Source: Octopus vulgaris (lineage: Eukaryota). Taken from it: a DNA stretch of 64,000 nt. This document shows positions 56,205 to 64,000 of this stretch, piece after piece. Numbering within the stretch: the first letter of the stretch is position 1; each line of letters opens with the position of its first letter. The notes below the pieces were generated by a model, which was not told the origin of the DNA, did no database searches, and saw only the letters and a list, made by a program, of their open reading frames with translations. The stretch lies in contig OX597814.1 in assembly GCA_951406725.2 (NCBI GenBank), positions 123,876,001 to 123,940,000 on the forward strand. Reading direction: 5' to 3'. A program made the position numbers and the translations under genes.

Positions 56205-56478
56205 TAATCCTTTCTACTGGAGGCACAAGGCCTTGAAATTTTGGGGGAGGGGATTAGTTGATTACATTGACCCCAGTGTTTCACTGGCTCTTAATTTATC
56301 GACCCCGAAAGGATGAAAGACAAAGTTGACCTCAGCAGAATTTGAACTCAGAACGTAGCAGCAAACGAAATACCGCTAAGCATTTCGCCCGGCGTACTAA
56401 CAATTCTGCCAGCTCACTGTCTTAATCATCATCATCATCGTTTAACGTCCATTCTCCATGCTAGCATGGGTTGGACGT

Positions 56479-56520
<42 letters not shown>

Positions 56521-56533
56521 TATCATCATCATC

Positions 56534-56580
<47 letters not shown>

Positions 56581-56799
56581 GTATGTTATTTGGTCATTGT
56601 TAAATGTTTTGTATGAAAATCTCACCATTGATAATGGGAAAAATATGTTCTCCCCAATCAATTAATTAATCACTTAATCTACTTTCATTATTTTCCATTT
56701 TTCCTCAACTAATTACATAATTCCATTTTGCAGATAGTTTTTATGTTTGCAACCATTGTCACCAATGTTGCACTGACTTTCTGTTTCTCTTCCTTGCAG

Positions 56800-56875
56800 C
56801 CAACTAACCTTCTTTTAAATGTGATGATTTCTGAAGCCACAATTGATGTACCACGCAAGAACTTTAGAATCAAGG
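56800..56875 (+). CDS. Internal coding exon (76 nt, phase 0-1), start of a C2A-like domain: PTNLLLNVMISEATIDVPRKNFRIK(G)
   Basis: Strong polypyrimidine acceptor tttctgtttctcttccttgcag and G|gtaaga donor; in frame with exon 17379-17438; L.V.I.EA first beta strand of a C2 domain. Confidence 0.75.
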
Positions 56876-57139
56876 GTAAGAAAGACTATCGCAAATGATG
56901 TTTTATTGTTTTTTAATCTTTTGCTTGTTTCAGTCATTGGACTGTGGCCATGCTGGGGCACTGCCTTGAAGGGTTTTAGTTGAATAACTTAACTCCAGTG
57001 CTTGTTTTTTTTTTTTTAACCTAGCACTTATTCTGTTGGTCTCCTTTGCTGAACTGCAAAGTTATGAGGATGTAAGCCTATCACTACTGGTTACCATGAG
57101 TGTGTATGTATGTGTGTCTGTATATATATATATATATAA

Positions 57140-57595
57140 AGTAGTAAATAAATGGCACAACTAAATACCGATATTTACTGGAAATAGCGAACGTAAAAAT
57201 ACAACGCTAATGTATAGCTTCACCGCGTATGTATTAGTAAAAATGCGTGTGTGCAACAAACTAGAGAAAAGCGTCTTACCTCCAGGGAGAACATCTGAAA
57301 GATGAAATACCCGGAAAAGGATAATGTGGGACATTGCATTACTAATTTATTGAAGCTTCTTCACCGTTTTTCGTACTGTTGGCGTTCCGTGTTTCAGTTG
57401 AGTGTAATAGTATTAATGTGGTAACATCGTAGATTTCGTCATGGTATATGCTTGGCTGATGAAGATAGAATAAGATATGGGTGGCAGACATATCTTGTAA
57501 AATCTGAAACCTGCAGGTCCCACATTATCCTTTTCCGGGTATTTCATCTTTCAGATGTTCTCCCTGGAGGTAAGACGTTTTTCTCTAGTTTGTTG
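57140..57595. mobile_element. Short Penelope-like pLTR insertion with 79-bp inverted arms (57254-57332 and 57517-57595)
   Basis: Arms differ at one position; the left arm continues as a tail to (TA)n. Confidence 0.85.
57448..57525 (+). ncRNA. Type I hammerhead ribozyme with canonical core and GUC site
   Basis: tgg-CTGATGA(57456-57462)-agat..aagatatg/catatctt..atct-GAA-ACCTGCAGGT-C-cca. Confidence 0.88.
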
Positions 57596-57763
57596 TGTGC
57601 GCATGTGCACGCGTGTCCTTGACACGATGATTGCAGCTCTTCCCATTGAAGTTTTATTATGGCTACCGAATAATTGTCATGTATTGTATTTACAGATAAA
57701 TTCCTCTATTGACATAATATCGAGGTCTCTTTCATTTTTTTGTTGTCTTGCCATTTCTATCAA

Positions 57764-57936
57764 TAGCCACTACACATTCTTTATTTTCTCCCCTTGTTTC
57801 TTTCTGTGTTCCTTTCTGTGGAAGAAAGTAGGCTCGAAACATTAAAGACTTTTTCACTTCCCGAATGTTATACTATTACATCTGTTTGTTGTCTACACCA
57901 ACTGTCCTCGTCTTTTGTATTTTTGTGAATTCTCCC
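57764..57936 (+). mobile_element. Penelope-like tail family T1 with HHR-like motif
   Basis: cttt-CTGTGGA-a-gaaa-gtag-gctc-GAAACATT-aaag; ends in (TA)n. Confidence 0.68.
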
Positions 57937-57950
57937 TATATATACATACA

Positions 57951-58007
<57 letters not shown>

Positions 58008-58407
58008 GGGAGTATAACTCCAAACTTAGAAGGAAAAATTCAATTTAGTTATCCTCTAATTTATTTAATAAAACGATTTCTGTTCAATCTTCGTTCAGCT
58101 CCATTTCTTCAATTCACCAATAATATTTTAATTTCAATTATCCGCACCAACGCACGGTTGCAACACCATATGGTTGTACCTCCAACCGTGCTGTTTTCTG
58201 CTGTGATTTTTGCTACCAAGGTATCGGTTAAACTTTTGATTAATCTGCTACAAGATTATTCATCTTTCTATTTCACATAATATATATATATATATATATA
58301 TATATCGTCGTTTAACGTCCGTTCTCCATGCTAGCATGGGTTGGAATATATATATATATATATAAATAAATATATATATATACACACATACATATATACA
58401 TATATAT

Positions 58408-58470
<63 letters not shown>

Positions 58471-58973
58471 TACATATGAATGATGGGCTTCCACACAATT
58501 TTCATTTATCAAATTCACTTACAAGCTGTCCCTGAAGCCACATGGTTGCAAACCAAGATTCTTGACCACACAGTGATGCCACCATCTATTTTTTTATATT
58601 AATTAGTAATAATTGACAAGGCAATACACTTCAAGCAGAGACTATTGTCTGTGCACCTCCAACCACCACAGTGCATAGCTGATACCCATCCCATTGACTC
58701 CAGGAGAATGAGTGACGGTGCTGAGCTCAAAATGTAAAGCAATGTAACTAAATAGTGCATTACATTTTGTCTATTGCTTGACTAAGGTGTCAATAGACTG
58801 CTTTCATAGTTGTTAATAATAAGCGCTTGTTAAGTATTATTTATTATCAAGTAATAATTGATAATTAAGAAATATGTAGAGCTGTTATTAATTGGATCAC
58901 AAATAGTTTCCATTTCTAATATCTAGTATGATATTATAATGATATTTAAAGTAACCATTACTACCATTCACCT

Positions 58974-59208
58974 CTGCTGCCGCTGCTGCTGCTACTGCCG
59001 CTGCTGCTGCTGCTGCCGCTGCCGCTGCCGCTGCCGCTGCCGCTGCCGCTGCTGCTGCCGCTGCCGCTGCCGCTGCTGCCGCTGCCGCTGCTGCCGCTGC
59101 CGCTGCCGCTGCCGCTGCCGCTGCTGCTGCCGCTGCTGCTGCCGCTGCTGCTGTTGCTGCTGCTACTGCTGCTGCTTCTGCTGCTGCTGCTGCTGCCACT
59201 GCTACTGG
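58974..59208. repeat. GC-rich (GCCGCT)n/(GCT)n repeat
   Basis: Direct reading. Confidence 0.95.
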
Positions 59209-59364
59209 TGAAGTCTGTTAATACACTGCATGTACCACGTCCTCGCGTTTTTTTTTCTTGTGTTTTTTCTTTGTTTTTTTTAATGAATTATATATATATA
59301 TATATCATCATCATAATCATCATCATCATCATAATCATCATCATCATCATAATCATCATCATCA

Positions 59365-59914
59365 TCATCGTTTAACGTCTGCTTTCCATGCTAGCATGGG
59401 TTGGAATATTTGACTGAGGACTGGTGAACCAGATGGCTCCACCAGTCTCCAATCTTGATCTGGCAGACTTTCTACAGCTGGATGCTCTTCCTAACACCAA
59501 CCACTCCGTGAGTGTAGTGGGTGCTTTTACGTGCCACCAGCACAAGGGCCAGTCAGGCGGTACTGGCAATGGCTACGAAAAAATTGTGTTTTTTTTTTAT
59601 GTGTCACCTGCACAAGTGCCAGTAAGGCGATGCTGGTAGTAAGGCGACACTGGTATAAGTAAGGCGACGCTGATATATGTATATATATATTTCTACTTTC
59701 TTTTACCTGTTTCAGTCATCAGACTGTGACCATGCTGGGACAATACTGTCTTGAAGAATGTTAGTCGAATGAATCTACCCCACCACTTATTTTTACTTTT
59801 CAAGGACTGGTACTTATTCTATCAGTTTCTTTTGCCAAACCGCTAAGTTATGGGAATGTAAACACACCATTCCATTGGTTGTCAAGTGATGGTGGGGGCA
59901 AATACAAACACAAA

Positions 59915-59951
<37 letters not shown>

Positions 59952-60108
59952 TGGACATCATTCAATTTCTATCCACGAAGTCCTCTCACAAGGCTTTGGT
60001 TGGCCCAAGGCTAAAGCACAAAGATTCTTGCCCAAGGTGCTGCACAATGGCACTGAATCCAGAACTATGTGGTTAAGAAGCAAGCTTCTTACCACACAGC
60101 CACACCTA
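59365..60108 (-). mobile_element. Family B copy (59365-59670) followed by SINE A (59692-60108)
   Basis: Homology to other copies. Confidence 0.8.
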
Positions 60109-60519
60109 TATATAAAGAAGAACGGATGATCTTAGTGTTAACACTGAGCCATGTTTATAGAAACAAATGGAATCTTGGTTCTAAATGTAGTTTTTGCCAA
60201 TATAAGCGTGAATAATTGAAATGTCCTGCATTTTCGGGCAGCATGTAAATGGCTATAAAAATGCCGAGGCAACTGAAGAAATTGAAAATGAAGACTCTGC
60301 AAGTTTTTATGAAATTGGCATATGGCATATATTTGGAAGCCAATAACTTATTCCTTTATTACAATTTTGATGACATTAGCAACAATGCTAGCAGTTGTGT
60401 ATGGTAATAAAACCATCCTCCTCCTCCTCCTCCTCCTCCTCCTCATCATCATCATCCTCATTATCATCATCATCATCATCATCATTGTCATTTTCATTAT
60501 CATCATCTTCATTGTCGTT

Positions 60520-60571
<52 letters not shown>

Positions 60572-60939
60572 ATCATTGTTGTCGTTTTTGTCATCGTCCT
60601 CATCATCATTTAACATCCGACAGGATCCAATAGGTCAAAGGACTGCATTGTGCTCTAGTGCCTAATTTGGTTCATCCAGCTGGATGCTCTCCCTAACATC
60701 AAACACTTTACAGAATGTTTTGAGTGCCTTTTTATAGCATCTAAGCCAGGAGGTTGCCATGCAGCTTGCAGAGCTAAAAACTCTGAAAGAGGCAGCTTTA
60801 TATGTAGAAATAAGGGGTTAAAGTATGAGAGAAAGGGTTAGAGAAGAACAGGTTTTTTGCTGTAGAAGAGCTATGTGATTACTCACATTTTAGCAGAGAA
60901 GGCGAAGTGAATGGGTGGAGCTGGAAAGAGATGAAAAAT

Positions 60940-62280
60940 ATGCTAATTCTACATCTTCAGAATGGATTGAAATTCCATGGCTTTTTTGAAATATACAGTG
61001 AAAATATATCCACTGACATTGAACTGGATCAAATTGAAATTTATTTCAAATTAAATAATATTGTTACAAAACTCCTCTTATGGACCTTTAGAACCAGAAA
61101 CTAAGGTGGGAATTGTTTCCAAGTACCATCTTGTGATGCTTTTATTCTGTTGCACCTGAACTGAATATTTATGGTCAATCCAAAAAAATTTTTTGTTTTC
61201 AAGTTCTGGTCATCCTCAGATGTCAGACCATAAAGCAAATTCATGAACTTGTCCACTTTCCTAGCATTTAGTGTTCTGCTGATGATCAATGTAAAGATGG
61301 TTGGTCCTAGGAATTTCCATATAAATGAAACAAAGATGACATCTGAACCTGGTGTGACAACTTAACTCAGGTGATAGGTAAATCTTGAAGGTGTTGCTTT
61401 TGGAAAACAGTTAAATGAAATGTTTTCCAAGGAATTTCAACAAAGAGATTTTATTCATGACAACTAGATTTACAAGATATTAAAGAACATGTTTAGTCAA
61501 GTGATTTATTTTCTCATAAATCAGGTTTATCAACACCAGCAAAGCCAGTGGTCCAGATTTATAATGCCATAAAAGTGGTTGCCTTAACAACTGACCAATG
61601 TCAGTGAAAAGTCTATATCAGGAACACTTTCACAAGACAGCCATCCTGTTCTATATTTGTCAAGAACATTAAACACAGCTAAAACAAGATTCTCATATAT
61701 TGAAAAGGAAGCCTTGGTGATTGTATGATGTACTCGAAGAGCACAACATTTTCTGCTTGGCTGAAAATTTAAATTGGTCTCAGCTTATAGGCCACTAGAA
61801 TTTATTTTTAGCAAAAATTCTGGTTTTCTGAAAGTAGAGTCTGCACGTCTTTAAGATAGGTCTTACAAATGACAGCATTTGACCGTAAAATATGTTATTT
61901 AAAGGGATTTCAAATAGCACAAGTTGATTTACTATCATAACAGGAATTAATTATTGATGTTGGCTTGGATGAACATAATTATAACGAAGGATGATGACTC
62001 TTTCATCCAGCTTGTAAAGACTGGTGTTATGAAATGTGAAAATATAAAGTTGGACACTGTCAATGATAATATTTTTATCTGATGTATGTAAAAGTATTTT
62101 TAATAATAATTGGAGGAATAATCTTGTTGTTGGAAAGTTATTTAAGTCATTGAAAACTAAGTTAACAGATGAAGATGGTAACTTGAGTAAATGGAAAATG
62201 AAATGGTCAACCAATTAGTTGAGAATAATAATGACAAAATCTGTGTATGAAGTTGAACATGGTGGCACAACAATGAAGAA
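60940..62280 (+). mobile_element. Highly decayed Ty3/Gypsy pol remnant (RNase H region clearest)
   Basis: SQDSHPVLYLSRTLNTAKTRFSYIEKEALVIV*CTRRAQHFLLG*KFKLV..YRPLEFIF at ~61630-61810. Confidence 0.75.
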
Positions 62281-62619
62281 GAAGAAGAAGAAGAAGAGGA
62301 AGAGGAAGAAGAAGAAGAAGAAGAAGAAGAAGAAGAAGAAGAAGAAGGAATTGGTTGAAATTAAAATATGGTAGCTAGCTCATAGTAGAGTTGTGGAATC
62401 GCTCTTGCAAGATCATTGTAGATACTATTTCAATGTTTCCTTGCATGTAGTAAACTTCCTAAAACGTTAAAAGAAGATATAATATGACCTGTCTATAAAA
62501 GAGGAAGTAGACCAGATACTAAAAATAACAGGTTTATCTCTCTGATCTCCCTCAGGGAACTGTACTGGGACCTCTACTGTTTGTGGTGGCTCTCTCAGAC
62601 ACGCCCTCAGCTGTACAGT

Positions 62620-63365
62620 CAGCTGCTCTCTCCGTGCTGATGATACAAAAGCATCATGGGTAGTCAAGGACTCTGATGATGTCCTAAAACTGCAGAAAGA
62701 CCTGAATGGAATATATAAGTGGGTTGATGAAAATAACATACAGTTCAATGAGAAGTTTTAAGCTCTTCATTATCAGTCTACAAACAAGCTTCAATAAGAA
62801 AAACAGAGGACCAGGAGCTACTACAATCCCAGAGTTACAGTTAGTGCATGATTTGGGAATCCACATGAGTAATGTGGCAACATTTCATGTGTATATTACC
62901 AAGATGGCAGTACTGTGCAGGTAAGTTTCTAGCTGGATTCTGAGATCTTTTAGAACCAGGAAAAAGGACACCATGCTACTCATATGGAGAACTTTCGTTC
63001 TCAGTCATCTGGTTTACTGTGCCTAACTGTGGTCACTGCAGAGTGTCAAACTAGTGGTAGAACTCAAGACAATCAAGTGCCACTACTCAAAGAAGATTGA
63101 CTTGGTGCAACAGATGAGCTACTGGTAGAGATTAAAGGAACTGAAGCTCTATTCCATAGAGAGAAGATGTGAAAGATATGCAGTGATACACATATGAAAG
63201 GGTACATGACTATTCAACTTTCTACCAAACTACCTCAGAAATTTTTGAGGCATAGATGTAGAGATCTTCAAAGAATGTTTGGACAAATTTTTTTCTGAGA
63301 TATTAGATGGCAGGAGGAACAAAGAAGAGCAACTTTGTCTAACTCACTACTCCACCAGAAGTAAT
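62620..63365 (+). mobile_element. CR1-like LINE 3' remnant
   Basis: ADDTK, LQKDLNGIYKWVDENNIQFN, DLGIHM, WILRSFRTR, SYW.RLKELKLYSIERR. Confidence 0.82.
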
Positions 63366-63537
63366 AGGGAAAAGAAACCCAATCACACAAAAAATCACAC
63401 CTTAAAACCATAATAATATTATAACAGAGATGTACTTGCATAGCAAGTGATTTGATCTGGGATTGTGTGCTGAAACGAAAACAATTGCAGCGTGGAAGGT
63501 ATTTGTAAGCCATTTAAGAAACACACAAAAGCTGTTC

Positions 63538-63707
63538 GATTCACTTCAACATTTAAGTTTAATTTGTCAAAATATTTTCGTCGCCTTAAGACCGGACCTG
63601 TTCATTGACAAAAATCTGTGCTGCATGGATTTTTGTCAGTGAACAGGTCGCGGTCTTAAAGCGCCGAAAATATTTTGACAAATTAAACTTAAATGTTGAA
63701 GTGAATC
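63538..63707. mobile_element. Fold-back Penelope-like tail with two inverted HHR copies (G3-C8 variant), inside 13-bp direct repeats
   Basis: ~83-bp arms with a 3-nt loop; TAATATTATAACA at 63414-63426 and 63708-63720. Confidence 0.85.
63632..63682 (+). ncRNA. Minimal type I hammerhead motif with G3-C8 core variant
   Basis: tttgtca-GTGAACA-ggtcgc-ggtcttaaa-gcgcc-GAA-AATATT-T-tgacaaa. Confidence 0.75.
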
Positions 63708-64000
63708 TAATATTATAACATTTATTGACATAATGAATTATTTAGTCACATGAGCGCCATTTCGATGGATAACTTCAAAAACCTTATTAGTCATGGAATC
63801 TGTCAATTTCTTAATGGTAGAAAGTTGGACTGCTTCGGCTGCAGCTTTGATGGTCGCCCATATGACTTCCGCTATCCCTGTCTACTGTCCTACACAGTAC
63901 CCTATACGATCTCGACAACCCGATGCAATTGCTCCTTGTCCACGTTGGTGCATTTGGGTGGTCAAGTCAGTACCTGTCAGACAGTTGAAACCATCTGAGC

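Noticed and set aside
63745-63800. Minus-strand catga-CTAATAA..GAAA..tcatg HHR ghost
   Set aside because: Core G5 and G8 are lost and stem III is unpaired; too decayed to call.

Overview
AT-rich, microsatellite-saturated eukaryotic DNA. The SINE families look like those of octopus/coleoid genomes (inference). Almost all ORFs in the supplied track are translated microsatellites or decayed retroelements. Two short + strand exons (17379-17438 and 56800-56875) join in frame into a BAIAP3/Munc13-4 (UNC13D)-like segment entering the C2A domain, so most of the window is probably intron. It contains a 5'-truncated Naiad-type Penelope-like element (RT + GIY-YIG) with a >=1 kb inverted pseudo-LTR, a near full-length decayed RTE LINE, R4/Dong-like, CR1-like and Gypsy remnants, two Helitrons, several MITEs and many SINEs. 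The most interesting signal is a set of type I hammerhead ribozyme (HHR) motifs with palindromic stem III, carried on short Penelope-like tails and fold-backs beside (TA)n. They show three core 3:8 pairs (C-G, U-A, G-C), an A6U family, and one inversion junction lying at the cleavage triplet. Folds were done by eye, and repeat boundaries are approximate.
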